Source: Patescibacteria group bacterium | GTDB lineage: Bacteria; Patescibacteriota; Patescibacteriia; UBA10025; JAHIVO01 | Direction of reading: 5' to 3' | DNA: 64,000 nucleotides | NCBI GenBank assembly: GCA_028718605.1 | Contig: JAQULM010000001.1 | Span: 413,719 to 477,718 of the forward strand | Shown: in pieces, positions 27,878 through 39,200 of the stretch | Layout of the letters: every line of letters starts with the position of its first letter | How positions within the stretch are numbered: position 1 is the stretch's first letter | The notes under the pieces: generated by a model | The model's database searches: none | Seen by the model: only the letters and a program-made list of their open reading frames with translations | What the model was told of the DNA's origin: nothing | Position numbers and translations under genes: made by a program

Positions 27878-28180
27878 ACAAATGATCTCCCTATTCCCTT
27901 ATTATACTTTCTCGCTCTTTCCGTTCAATACTGGCGAGGTACCGCCCGATGACAGGGAAAAATCTGCGGTTGTACTTCCGCGTAACTGACAGTGAGAGCG
28001 TACCGGCGGCAGCGGCGCACGATAAAGCGTCCTAACGGCGTGGTTATCGCCCAACACTCGTTGATTAGTCCGGTGGGAATGTACCGGTACGATCGAACGC
28101 GGCCAAGGCCGTAGCGCACCGCGACCGTGTTGAGGAAGGATTGTGCAGACCGTGCTATGTGAAATGGCATACACGGGTAT

Positions 28181-29746
28181 TTAGAGTTTTCTAATAATCC
28201 CCTCGTCCGCATTCACCTCAACCTTATCACCATCCTTCAAAACCTTCGCCGCTCCCGCGACACCGACAATGCATGGCGTGCGCAACTCGCGCGCAACGAT
28301 CGCGGTATGGCACGTGAGGCCGCCTGATTCAGAAACTAACGCTGCTGCCTTCTTCATCGCGGGCACGAGATTCGGGTTCGTATTATGCGCAACCATGATA
28401 TCCCCCTTTCGCATTTTCGCCATTTCATCTGGTATATTTATGACGCGCACGGTACCGACGGCAGTACCCGGGCATGCCGTCGTGCCGGTCAGGATATCAG
28501 AGTTTTTAAACGATACCCGCTCCATCGTGATCCCTCGGAGGAACGCGCGCGCCTCCGCCCCGGTATAGACGATGTACTGCGTGCGGTCAGCGTACGCGAC
28601 TGCGAATTTCCTCCGCGCATCGAGGGTTTTTACATCAACAACGCCGCTCTTCAGCGCCTTCTCGATTTCCCATCCGTTCATTGCCCACACCTGCGGCAGT
28701 GAAAGGCCAAGGCGCCCGCCAATCTCCTTGAACAGCGACTCATAGCAATACATGCCGTGGTACAGCGCATCTTTGCGGAAATCTTTGATAAAAACCATTG
28801 CCTGGGCAAGTGCAATGAGCTGTTCGAGGCGCGGGGTTAGCGCCAGCTCCCGGATGATCTGCCGCTGGCGTGCCATAAGCTGCGTCCGATCCCTAAAAAT
28901 TTTCCTCAGCACCTGGCGGGGATCATCACCGTTGTGGAAAAGCTCCTGCCAACGCCGAATGTACTCTTCGATCTTCGTTGCAGGGCCATGGTACTGGAAC
29001 GCAAGCCAGCAGTACTTCCGATGGTGCCGTTGTATCCGCAAGTATAAAACAGGATTGAATTGTTTAAGATGGGCAATAATTTTTACAGGATCAGCTGCTT
29101 TTTGGAATAGTTTCCTGACTTCTGCGTGGCGCCTCAGTACAATCGCTATGCGGAGGAAGTCACGCTCCTCTTTCGCGACTAAACTCTCCCGCCGCGGCGT
29201 GGTCAACACGCTGAAAATTTCCGGCAAGGACAGGGTGCTCCCCGTCTGCTCCAGATGCGCAGAAAGTTCCTGCCAAATGGCTTTCGTGACGCGCTCCTTC
29301 TCGGCGTCAGCATGCCAGCTTACGGACGCACCAATGCCATGTGCCAGCCGATGATAATGCATCGCTGCCTTATACAGGGCGATAAGCTGGCGATTTGTCA
29401 TGTGGCGGTGGGGGCTCCGCTTCAGTACTTTCGAAACCTGCATAAATTTCCGCGACCAGTTTTCCACCTGATTGATAACACGCAGCGCCCACCGCGGCCG
29501 TGTTATCATTTTATTCGCCAAAAATTCAGCTTGCGCGTCAAATTCGTGCCGAAGGTAATGCATCCTCCCGAAATCCCCGTCGAACCGCGTGAAGTACCGC
29601 GTCACCTGGCCGCCCAAGCCTCGCTTCGGCCACTGCTGGATAAAAAAACAAATCGGCTCGGACAGCATGAAAATCGTCGTCTCGGGAATTTCAGCGGGCA
29701 TCATCCATGCATTGTTGTGCTTTGCTCGAGGCATACTTTCTTGCAT
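28181..29746 (-). CDS. PEP-utilizing-enzyme swivel domain protein (paralog 6)
   Basis: C-terminal GTTACPGTAVGTVRVI...GDIMVAHNTNPNLVPAMKKAAALVSESGGLTCHTAIVARELRTPCIVG. Confidence 0.8.
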   Translation of the reverse strand: MQESMPRAKHNNAWMMPAEIPETTIFMLSEPICFFIQQWPKRGLGGQVTRYFTRFDGDFGRMHYLRHEFDAQAEFLANKMITRPRWALRVINQVENWSRKFMQVSKVLKRSPHRHMTNRQLIALYKAAMHYHRLAHGIGASVSWHADAEKERVTKAIWQELSAHLEQTGSTLSLPEIFSVLTTPRRESLVAKEERDFLRIAIVLRRHAEVRKLFQKAADPVKIIAHLKQFNPVLYLRIQRHHRKYCWLAFQYHGPATKIEEYIRRWQELFHNGDDPRQVLRKIFRDRTQLMARQRQIIRELALTPRLEQLIALAQAMVFIKDFRKDALYHGMYCYESLFKEIGGRLGLSLPQVWAMNGWEIEKALKSGVVDVKTLDARRKFAVAYADRTQYIVYTGAEARAFLRGITMERVSFKNSDILTGTTACPGTAVGTVRVINIPDEMAKMRKGDIMVAHNTNPNLVPAMKKAAALVSESGGLTCHTAIVARELRTPCIVGVAGAAKVLKDGDKVEVNADEGIIRKL

Positions 29747-29794
29747 TCATCTGCTCAATAACGGCTCAATTGTATCTTGATTTACTCATTAAAT

Positions 29795-29830
29795 CAATAC
29801 TAAAAAACCGAATGCCTCCCAGTGGGAATT
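29795..29830 (-). terminator. Rho-independent terminator for the giant operon
   Basis: On the minus strand: CGAATTCCCACTGGGAGGCATTCGG (nested CGAAT/ATTCG and CCCA/TGGG stems) followed by TTTTTT, 17 nt after the stop at 29847. Confidence 0.6.
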
Positions 29831-29846
29831 CGCTTTATTCCTTATT

Positions 29847-31877
29847 CTAGAGTGTCTGGGCTTCTCCGATTCTGAGAAGCTTGTCAACGAAGGCGTCAAT
29901 TTTTCGCGAAGATTCCTGCGCAATCCGGTCTTCTGCCGCCCTCATTTCTGCTGTCCGGCCTGCAGGGTCAAGGTCCTCGCGCGACTGCAGCTCTTTTTCG
30001 GCGTCCTTCAAGCCAGAGTGTATATAGTGTTGTTCCAGCGACCTCCCATCCGATGCAACAAGGTCGCCGAGCAGGATCCTGATCTCATCCCCGCATTCCT
30101 GGTGTGCGATTGATTGGAGGGTTTGCTCAACCTCACGGGCGTTTGATTCGTACCGCTTCGCTGGGTCGCCGGGAACATCGGCTTTCCAGAAGCCTTTCAC
30201 GTTGGTCTGCGCTTCTGCTATCTGGCGCTCAATCTGCCGCTTTGATTCAAGCCGATTCTCACGTTCAGTGTCGGACAGCGAATGTGAAGTAAGGACTTCA
30301 CGGTCAATATCATCGCGCAAGATCGCCAGGGATTCCATGCGTGCTTCTGCGCGCGGCGAGATGCGGTCCGGGTCCCACTCAACCGGCTTGCCCATAGCGC
30401 GTGCCATCGATCCGACACTCTCCTGGGACGCCATGCCCTTGCGCGCCGCGTATTTTGTGCTGCAGAGCATTTCCCGGATCTTGATAAGCTTCATGATCAT
30501 CATGCCATTCTGGGTATCGACGCCGTACTCCTCTGAGACAGCCGCGACCGAGCTGTATGGAACTGCCTGTTCAAGATATGCGCCGTACGCACGCTCTCGC
30601 GCAGGAGGGGTTTTGTCGACATACCCCCGGTCCCATGGAAATCCGGATTTCTGGGCATCAACCTTGCCGTGGTACTTCAGATTATAAACTGCTTCAACAA
30701 CTGTGGGATTATAACCGACAAGCCGCTTGAAATCATTGACCATATTCTCCCGCGCGCTGATGGCACCATCATCGCTGGAGGTCTGTGAAAAACCGAGTTT
30801 CACGGCGTGCTGATTGTCAACGAAATTCCCCGACGGATCAAAATACCGCCCGAGGATTTTCTCTGGCACCTCAGTTTTAAGCCGCCGGAATTCACCGATA
30901 TTCTGGCCGTGGAGCAGGCGCATGAACATCTCAAACTCAAACGTGCCTTCTTTGGGCGCCTCTTTCGATGTTACCATTTGGCCGTCCTCGTCGTCTTCCC
31001 ATTCCTGAGACTGGAAAACGTTTCCGGACACCGTGCCGAGGAACTCCCTGTTTCCCATTTTCATCGCTTCCCCGACAACCTCATCGCGGCGTTCCCGCTC
31101 GGACATCATGTAGTAATTCCCCGTCTGAAAATCTTTCACACTGACGACCTGCTCCCAGTGCCCGGTTTTTTTGGCAAGCTCCGACATGACCGCGAGCGCG
31201 CGCATCCGGCGCTGGTCTTCTGGCCCCGCTTCATTGCCAGCCGCTCTCGTATCACCGCCATCAATATACTTCCGGTCCAGGCCGAGATACGCAGAGGAAA
31301 ACTGGCGGATTGTTTCTGCATTACACTCCGTGAGCATCCGCCGTACATCTTCCTGGGAATACCCGAGCCGCGAGAACATCTGTTCAATATCATGCTGGAT
31401 TTCCTGATCTTGCCGGTACAGTTTCCCGAACCCCTCAACGACACGGTCCATGCGGCCAGACGTTGCGGCAAGTTCGATGAACGCCTGCTTCATGTCATTG
31501 CCCTCCCTCCCGCGCGTATAGAGCGCACGCCTGCCGAGGTCAACAAGCACCTGTGGATTATCACCGAGCGTGCCCATCTCTGCCCGAAATTCAGACACGA
31601 TCTGTTGAATCACTCTCCGATCCGCCATTTCCGCCCGATCGATGGCGCCGCCGCGCCGGCCAAAAAGCCTATTTGCAAAACTTTCGCCTGCCCCAAAACT
31701 ACGCGTGCGTGCCCGGTCGTCGAGCCGCTCGCCACGTTGGTTAAAACCTTTCACGCGGTCTGGAATCTCGTCTCGCCTGATCCGGGACATCCTATCGCTG
31801 CCTGTTCCCGGGCTTAATATTTCGAAAATACCCATACGAACGGTTGTCAGTTTCTCGTATGCACTACTCCACCTCAC
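29847..31877 (-). CDS. Hypothetical 676-aa protein, paralogous to the central region of the 2082-aa VirB6-like giant protein
   Basis: Blocks such as QAFIELAATSG...GFGKLYRQD, RRMRALAVMSELAKKTGHWEQVVSVKDFQTGNYYMMSERERRDEVVGEAMKMG and EGTFEFEMFMRLLHGQ align with QAFLELATSKG..., RRLRAMAGIAESAKNVGHWEQYSATKDMATGQYYMMDDEEQRGEIIGEAKKMG and EGSFEHEMYTKLMSGQ in 33255..39503. Confidence 0.6.
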   Translation of the reverse strand: MRWSSAYEKLTTVRMGIFEILSPGTGSDRMSRIRRDEIPDRVKGFNQRGERLDDRARTRSFGAGESFANRLFGRRGGAIDRAEMADRRVIQQIVSEFRAEMGTLGDNPQVLVDLGRRALYTRGREGNDMKQAFIELAATSGRMDRVVEGFGKLYRQDQEIQHDIEQMFSRLGYSQEDVRRMLTECNAETIRQFSSAYLGLDRKYIDGGDTRAAGNEAGPEDQRRMRALAVMSELAKKTGHWEQVVSVKDFQTGNYYMMSERERRDEVVGEAMKMGNREFLGTVSGNVFQSQEWEDDEDGQMVTSKEAPKEGTFEFEMFMRLLHGQNIGEFRRLKTEVPEKILGRYFDPSGNFVDNQHAVKLGFSQTSSDDGAISARENMVNDFKRLVGYNPTVVEAVYNLKYHGKVDAQKSGFPWDRGYVDKTPPARERAYGAYLEQAVPYSSVAAVSEEYGVDTQNGMMIMKLIKIREMLCSTKYAARKGMASQESVGSMARAMGKPVEWDPDRISPRAEARMESLAILRDDIDREVLTSHSLSDTERENRLESKRQIERQIAEAQTNVKGFWKADVPGDPAKRYESNAREVEQTLQSIAHQECGDEIRILLGDLVASDGRSLEQHYIHSGLKDAEKELQSREDLDPAGRTAEMRAAEDRIAQESSRKIDAFVDKLLRIGEAQTL

Positions 31878-33225
31878 TCACGAGCGTTCCCGCTTGAATG
31901 CTGTTCTTGGCCCACTCAAACCCTCCGGTTTCAGGATTTCCATATGCGAGGCTCTGGTACTCACCGCCCATAATCTGGCTTACTTCAACGCCAACCAGGG
32001 CAGAATCGTTTTCTGTCATGCCGAGCCGTTCTTTCAGTAAGTACTGGAGAAGCTCGGAAACAACCGCTGGCGTCGGCGTTGTTGAACGAATATTCGCCGT
32101 CGCGCTTTGCATGTCTGCCGGGGTACAGCTCTTCTGGTACTTCTGTTCAACGTGCTGTGAGATCGCCTCAAGCCATGCAGGGCTTGCCGCAAGAGCTGCG
32201 ACGAGCTGCTGCCCTTGAGCGAGAATTTTCAGGCATGCGATTACTCCTTTTTTGTCATTCGAACGCGCTGCCTGGGATAACGCACGTTTTACCCCTTCGA
32301 CATCTCCCTGCGTCCGGACAAGGAGCTCGTCTTCCAGCCGGAGCACTTCCTGCCGTTGTATGCGATATGATTGGTATTTCTGCTTCAAAATTTCTATGGG
32401 ATCAAGGTTCGGTTGCCGCAATGCTGGGGGCCGCTGTACAGGACGCGAAACGGTGTCCGGCGTACGGAGGGGTTCCAATGGTATGCCGCGCTTCTCTATT
32501 GGTGCAGTTCCAGAGCTTGAAGTGGCTAGCGGCGATACAACCATATCACGAGCCATTTCTACGAGCGGGGGGAACCGGACAAAATCATAAATCTGCAAAA
32601 TTTTCAAAATTTGCTCGCGATCCTGCGGTGCCATCTGGATTAGCGTTGGGGTGTTATCGATATACCGCACTTCCTCGAGGCTTCCCCGTTCGACTTCTTC
32701 CTTCGCGAACCGATTGTAATCAAGGATGATGCTGCGCACGGTAGCAGGCATCGGTTTATCGGACAGGTGCTGGCGGATCATCACCGTGCCGACACATTCA
32801 TTGTTCTCAGAAAAAGCCCGCAGCAGATAATCCCGTTTTTCGCCCCGTAAAAAAGGGTCCCAGGTATTCCGGAATAGCTCCTTCACGCCAGCGCGGATAT
32901 CGGTACCCAGGTCCAAGCCAACAATAAGCTTTTCCTTCAGCAGGCGGTACAATTCTTCATCGAGCAGAAAGGGGAAGTCGATAAACTGGAGCCAGGTTGC
33001 CATCCCAGTGTAGAAACTAAAAGCGGGCTGGTGCTCATGTTCAAATATTTTGTCTGCCAGTATATAAGTTCGCAGGAACCCGAGGAGGCGAGCTGCGTCA
33101 GCATAGTTGCGCGTCCGTTCAATCTCCAGCACCCGCGTACCAATACCCCCATACACGCTTGGCCTAGCGAGTTCCTCTTGGGGGAGCTTCAGAATGTCCC
33201 CAATTTCACACGTTTTAAAATCCAT
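31864..33225 (-). CDS. Hypothetical protein (453 aa)
   Basis: ORF between the VirB6-like giant gene and its paralog; no recognisable motif. Confidence 0.45.
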   Translation of the reverse strand: MDFKTCEIGDILKLPQEELARPSVYGGIGTRVLEIERTRNYADAARLLGFLRTYILADKIFEHEHQPAFSFYTGMATWLQFIDFPFLLDEELYRLLKEKLIVGLDLGTDIRAGVKELFRNTWDPFLRGEKRDYLLRAFSENNECVGTVMIRQHLSDKPMPATVRSIILDYNRFAKEEVERGSLEEVRYIDNTPTLIQMAPQDREQILKILQIYDFVRFPPLVEMARDMVVSPLATSSSGTAPIEKRGIPLEPLRTPDTVSRPVQRPPALRQPNLDPIEILKQKYQSYRIQRQEVLRLEDELLVRTQGDVEGVKRALSQAARSNDKKGVIACLKILAQGQQLVAALAASPAWLEAISQHVEQKYQKSCTPADMQSATANIRSTTPTPAVVSELLQYLLKERLGMTENDSALVGVEVSQIMGGEYQSLAYGNPETGGFEWAKNSIQAGTLVSEVE

Positions 33226-33254
33226 GTTGATTATTATCTAACTTTATACAACGC

Positions 33255-36200
33255 TTACTCTGCCGCTGGCTGTTCTCCAGAGCTTTCCTCCGATTCAGCG
33301 GACGCTTTCCGAGGCGTTGGTTGTGTTTTCTGTGCTGTTGATGCTCTCCGCGCGTCATCAACGACTTCAGAGGCACGGCGCGTCTTCGCATCACGCATCG
33401 CTCTCGTCAGCTCCTCGAGACGATAGAGCATGAGCCGCGGATCATACGTGCCCAGGACACCGCCCTGCGGACCGCCTGGAAGCATACCCTGGCGCATCGA
33501 TTCAACGATCTTGGTCAGGTCTTCAGAAGCTTTTTTTTGGTCAGGGTTCATAGATTCACCAAGTGCTTTCATGCGCTCTTGCATTGTCGTTACCAAATCG
33601 CCAAGGCCTTTTTGGATAGCCTCCATGACCGCCGGCAAATCCTTGGCTGCGCCTGCCGTCTGCTCAATTGCTACGCGCAACTCATCGCCAATCGCACCGA
33701 GGCTCTCCACGTTCTGCTGGACTTGCTCGCTGCCGAGCACCGGACCTGCAACGGGGGTACCGCTCTTGAGGTCTTCAAGCACCGTCCGCTCATCAGCAAT
33801 AGACTGTGCAAGCGCTTCAATCCCTTTCACGGAATCACTGTGGCCGCCTTGCTCGAGTGTAGCGCGGACTGTTGCATTCTTGAGTATGCCATCAGCATCA
33901 ACATCCCCAGAGAGCCCCGCTTTTTCCTTGAGGTTTGCCACGGCCTCAGCAAGCTGGCTTTCGGCTGCTGCGATGACCTGCTGCTGTGCTCCGATAATTT
34001 CTTCCGCGGTCGGCGGTTTTGTTCGTGGCGCAGCTGTTTCTAGTGTCTCATCTTTCGCTTTTCCGGCTTGAGGCCGAGGAGTTGTTGGTGCCGGAGTGGG
34101 CGTTGGGGTTGGTGCCGCTGGCGCTGGCTTCGCGCCCGCACGCTTATTCACGGCATTTTTCAGCTCTGCCTGAGCTCGTGCTTCAGCCTGGTACCGCTTG
34201 GCGTCGCTCCCAAACGCATCCCCCGTAGATTGAATCTCGCCGATAGTTTGTTGAGTCTCAATAATTTCCGCTTCTTTCGCTTCAATCTTCTCGTCATGCT
34301 CCTCAAGCGCTCCCTGGAGTTTGGCGGCGCGCAACGAATTTGCTTGAGTAGGCGGAATGTCATCAACCGCATGCTGGAGTGGTATGCGCTGCTCTTGGAG
34401 AGTGGCCAATTCTGCCTGCTGGCCTGCGAGTTTCTGTTCGTGCGGTGCAATCGCGGGCTCATTGTGCTGCTGAATCCCGCCTGCAAATGTCGCTGATGTT
34501 ATTGCACCGAGATTGCTCGCTTCAAGCCCTTCCGTCGCCATCGTCTTGAATTCCTCGAGCTCATCCGGTGAAAGTTTGCCGGCAATCTTCTCAAACGTCT
34601 GGCGGAGCTGCCCCATGGTCGCAATGTCGTCCTCGACAGCGGCCGCGTATGCAAGGTCAGCCTGCGAACGGGCTTGCTGCGCCTTCTCTACTTCGGCGTT
34701 CTGCCTATCGATGTCCCCCTGGAGACGCTTCAAACCCTGCTGGCCTTTGAATGCATCGAGCTGGTGCTTGCTGGCTTCATCGAGCGCCTGCTGCCGCGCA
34801 GCGCCGGTCAGGCCGCCCGCGCGGCGGGTCGCATCGCGTGCCTTTTCGTTGTTCTCGGCGATCTGCACTTTCGCCTGTTTCTCCTGGTGCCGCATGCCAT
34901 CACGCTTCCGTACCTCTTCCTCGTAGTGCGCTTTTGCCGCGTGTTTTTGATCGCGTTTGCCAGCAACATCATTCTCAGCAAACTGTTCAGAATAATTATC
35001 GATAAGATCATTTACCTTTTTCACGCGCTTGCCATATTTGCGCTTTTGCCACCATTCGCGCGTACCGTGCACGGCGCTCGAAACGCCCTGAGCGACCGCC
35101 TTTGGTGCACGGCCGACAAGCTTCGCGGGGCGCACAATGCCATATTCAACAACATCATCGAGATGGCTCGCCTCCCACAGCTCCGGAACTTTCTGTTTTA
35201 CCTTATTCTTCACGTTCACGGCGGTACTCTTCACCTTGCGTGCGGCATCGCCTGCAACCTCCACGCCCCTGCCGGCGACGTACTTGCCGCGCGCCACCAT
35301 GCCGACCATGGCAAGCTCGCGGTCACTGACTGCCTCATCCGCGAAGTCTTTATCGATAAACTCGTCGGCAGATTCCGGCTCCGGCGCCGCACCTTTAACT
35401 CCTTTTTCAAAGAAATCAAGCTTTTTATCCTGTAAAAACTGCTTCGAATCGCTTCCAAGCTGGTACTTACCCTCGCCGACGCCCAAAGATTCAGCCGCGA
35501 ACTCCATCATGCCGATGCGGTCCACGAGCTGCTGCTGTTCCTCGGAAAGCGTCTTGTAGAATTCCTCCCCGACCTCGTTCATCGTGCCTGTTTCGAGGTT
35601 AACAAAATTCTTTGCCAGGTCATGCCCGCGCAATTCATGCCCGCGGATTGACTGTATCCTGCTCTCCCATGCGTTATTATCAGCGAGCACGATCTTATCG
35701 TTTGCTCCTAGCGTCTTCTTCAGATTGCCAACCTGGTCGGCAATCTCGTCGTCGCCAACGCCTTCACTGCGCAACTGCTGCTCGAGGGCGGTTGCGAGTT
35801 TTTCTGCCATCTGCCCTTTCTCCTCCTTATGCGCTTCCGTGTCGCTGTCAAATCGCGCAGCAATCTGCCCCTCGACGATGCCGAATTGCTCCCGAACTGC
35901 CGGGTCAGAAAAGTCGAGGCCGAGCATCGTCGCATTGCTTGCGTTTTTACCCTGGCGTTTCGCGCTCTTGCCGGATGCGACCGCGGACTTCAGGCCGCGC
36001 ATCTTCTTCACGTCTGCTTGCGCGCCAGCCTCAGCGCGGCGCTCAAGCTCGTCGGAATCAACCATCTCGCCTGCGGTAATCTCGTCCTCATACATCGTAT
36101 CATAATCAGCGGCAGAGAGGCCCGATTCCTTATACTTATTGTATTCCGCATGTGACCGCGAGAGTGTTTCCGCAGATACTTCTTCCCGCATGCGCGGCAG

Positions 36201-39200
36201 CGGACCGACGTTTTCGTCACGCACAAAATCATCAAACGGCACTATCCGGCTCCTCGTTACCGTATCCCGCCTTCCCTTTACAACAAGGTCATCAACAATC
36301 GCCTCCAACTTCTCCGGAGGTAATTTCGTACCATCAGCTGCTACCAAACCACCCTCCATTTTTTTCTTTAGGGAACCCTTTAGCTCATCCTCGCTAAATC
36401 CCATTAATTGGCTTTCGAGCTGATGCGCGTCGTCCTTGCTCGCCCCATTCTTTCCAGTCCATTCGCCTTTCCGTTCATTCATCTGCCCGGTAAGCGACCG
36501 CCGGTATTGCTCAAGTTTTGCTCGCTGCTCATTGGAAAGCCTTGTACTGCGTAAGGCCTCATCGACTCTACCCATATTGCTGGTCAATTCCTGCTTCTCA
36601 TCATCAGATACCCCGTCTTTCCATTCCTTCGGGTCCCAATCAACCTTTTTGCCGGTCTTATCCGCCAGTTCCTGGACCATCTCATGCGGAATCATCGCAT
36701 CACCTGGGATGTGCATCCGTGCCGCGTACTGGGCTTCGTGAAGGTCCTCCAGCACTCCGAGCATTGCCTTCTGGTTCCTGGGCTTTGTTATATCAGCGCC
36801 ATTGAGTTCCGCGGCTGCAGTAACATCATCATAATTAACCCGGTCAAGGAGCTCGCCCTGGAGGTAGTCGTCCGCTTCTGCGCGTGCTTTGCGGATAAAC
36901 CCTGGATCTCCGGGGTATTTATCGCCTTTTGGTGGAGCATCAACCCTGCCATTATATTTAATATTATAAAACGCACGCGAAATAGGCTGGTTGTAATCCT
37001 GCATCTTCATCCATTCTTCCTGGAGCGCTTGTGCCGCCGTCTTTTGCTCGCCTTTGTTGTTTGTATACGGCCGGAAGCCGCGTGCGAATGCCTCCTCCTC
37101 ATCCGTTACCAAATTGCCGGGCGTGTCAAAAAACTGCCCAACATGCTGGTCCGCATGCCGTGATTGCATCTGGCGCATTTCCGGTTTGTGCTGGCCGCTC
37201 ATGAGCTTCGTGTACATCTCATGCTCAAACGAACCCTCTTTCGGGGCGTACACGTCTGCCTTGTAGCTGTGGCGGTACAGCCGGGTATCCTCGACCTCTT
37301 TACCGTCTGCGTCTTTCATCATGAGCCCTTTGATCTGTTCGCCGTTCTCCGCGTCCTCGATAAAATTACCTTCCTCGTCCCGGTCTGCAGACCAGACGCG
37401 CTGCCGGAGCACGTGAGGCGAGAGGGTACGCAGAAAATCGCGCAAGCCCATTTTCTTCGCCTCACCGATAATTTCACCGCGCTGCTCCTCGTCGTCCATC
37501 ATATAGTACTGCCCCGTAGCCATATCCTTAGTTGCGGAATACTGTTCCCAGTGCCCGACATTCTTGGCGGATTCGGCAATGCCTGCCATAGCACGCAGCC
37601 GCCGCTGGTCAGCGTCATTCGCTGCCTTGCCCACTTCCCGTGATGACCTGATCACTTCACCGGTCTCTTCATCCCGTTCACCTTTGACGAATTTTTTATT
37701 GAGCCCGACAAATCCGGCATTGAAGTTCTTTATACTATCTGCGTTATATTCCTTGAACATGCCCTCAACTTCCTCCGGCTTCCACCCAAGCTTCCCATAA
37801 TGATCATTTAATTGGGCCCGCACACCTTCATCTTTGCGGTACAATTCCCCGAAACCGAAAAAGACGTCATCATCATTGCCCTTACTCGTAGCAAGCTCCA
37901 GGAACGCTTGGCGCGCTTCATCGCCTTCGAATCCGCCCATATTGAACGTTTTGAACGCGAGATCCATCATCGCCTGCCGTGATTCGCCGGCAGAGCCCAT
38001 TTCCTGTTTGAATTCGCTCTTCAGTTTCTCGATAATCGCACGTTCAGCGAGCTCTTTTCGGTTCAGGGCTCCTTTCTTGCCCTTGAAGAGCACTTCGCCG
38101 AAATATTCGCCTTTGCCGAGTGCGCGTTGCTTGGCCCGCTCCTCGAGCCGCTTGCCGCGTTGCGCAAAGCCTTTCCAAAATTCCGGCGTTGCCATATTCA
38201 GCCAGGTCTTGTCGCTCTCCCGCACCTTCCTGCCCACATACCCCGTTACCCGGCCAACGCCATACCCAGCCGCTTTCCGAAGGCCTAGGAGCGGTGCGCC
38301 TGCAGCTTTCAGCGGTATCGAGCCCCAACCCTTGATCTTGTTCGCGAAATTCCCGGCAAGCTGGCCTGCCATGCCGCCGAGCGCACCCGCGGTCGAAAGC
38401 GCCATCAGGAACATCGCGATCGCGAGCATGAATCCGAGGAGCTGGTCAGAACGGGACACCGGCGCGATCGCTGCCTGGACAGCCGTAAGCTGGCCAGAGG
38501 CTAATACTTGTCCTGTCGCGTCTGTTGTCACGCCAAGCGCACTCGAATCCCCAGAGTTTGGCAGTACAGCGAGCGCGAGCCATATAAAAAAAGCCAGCAC
38601 GGGACCGGTTGTTGCCCATTTGCCGAACGTAGACCACCACTGAGAACTGTACCGTGCACCGATCGGAAGCGTCGCGAGAAGGTATGCAAGCGGCGACAAA
38701 ACCACAAGTATCCAAAGCATGATGATACGCATAAGGACGACGACGATCAATGCGACCATGGTCATGATTCCGGCGATGATGACGATATTGGCAAAAAGCG
38801 GTACGGCAACCATTTCGGCAAACCCAAGTGCAGTAGTTTGCTTCGCATCAGAGGTAACCGACAACAAATTATCAAGCTTCAGAACCGTCGTAAAATCCTT
38901 GTATGACGTATCGGCAAACGCATTCACGAACGTCAGCATGACTACCTGGGAGATGTCGATAAAAAATCCGGCGATCATCTTCGAAAAATTGACAAGAATC
39001 GCCATGATTACGAGTTTGGCAAGAAGGCGGTTGAATTTATAGTTTTCCAGGCGCAGTACAGTACCGAATGCGATGACCAGCAGCACAAGCACGAAAAACA
39101 TATTGCATGCGTCGCGCACGACGCTCCATCCTTTGTCGATGACCGGCGATGAGGTGAAATTGTTGTACTGAATAATGCTGATCAGGATGTCGATAAGAAC

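Noticed and set aside
27878-28180. Possible tRNA, tmRNA or RNase P in the GC-rich gap
   Set aside because: No T-loop (GTTCRANYC) with a matching stem, no acceptor/CCA context, no RNase P P4 partner strand. Only an isolated AGTCCGG string.
33430-38643. Plus-strand ORFs (100-270 aa) antisense to the 2082-aa gene
   Set aside because: They sit inside a single long minus-strand ORF with clear TM and coiled-coil architecture. Their translations are Ser/Ala/Pro/Arg-rich antisense artefacts of the E/K/A-rich coding strand.
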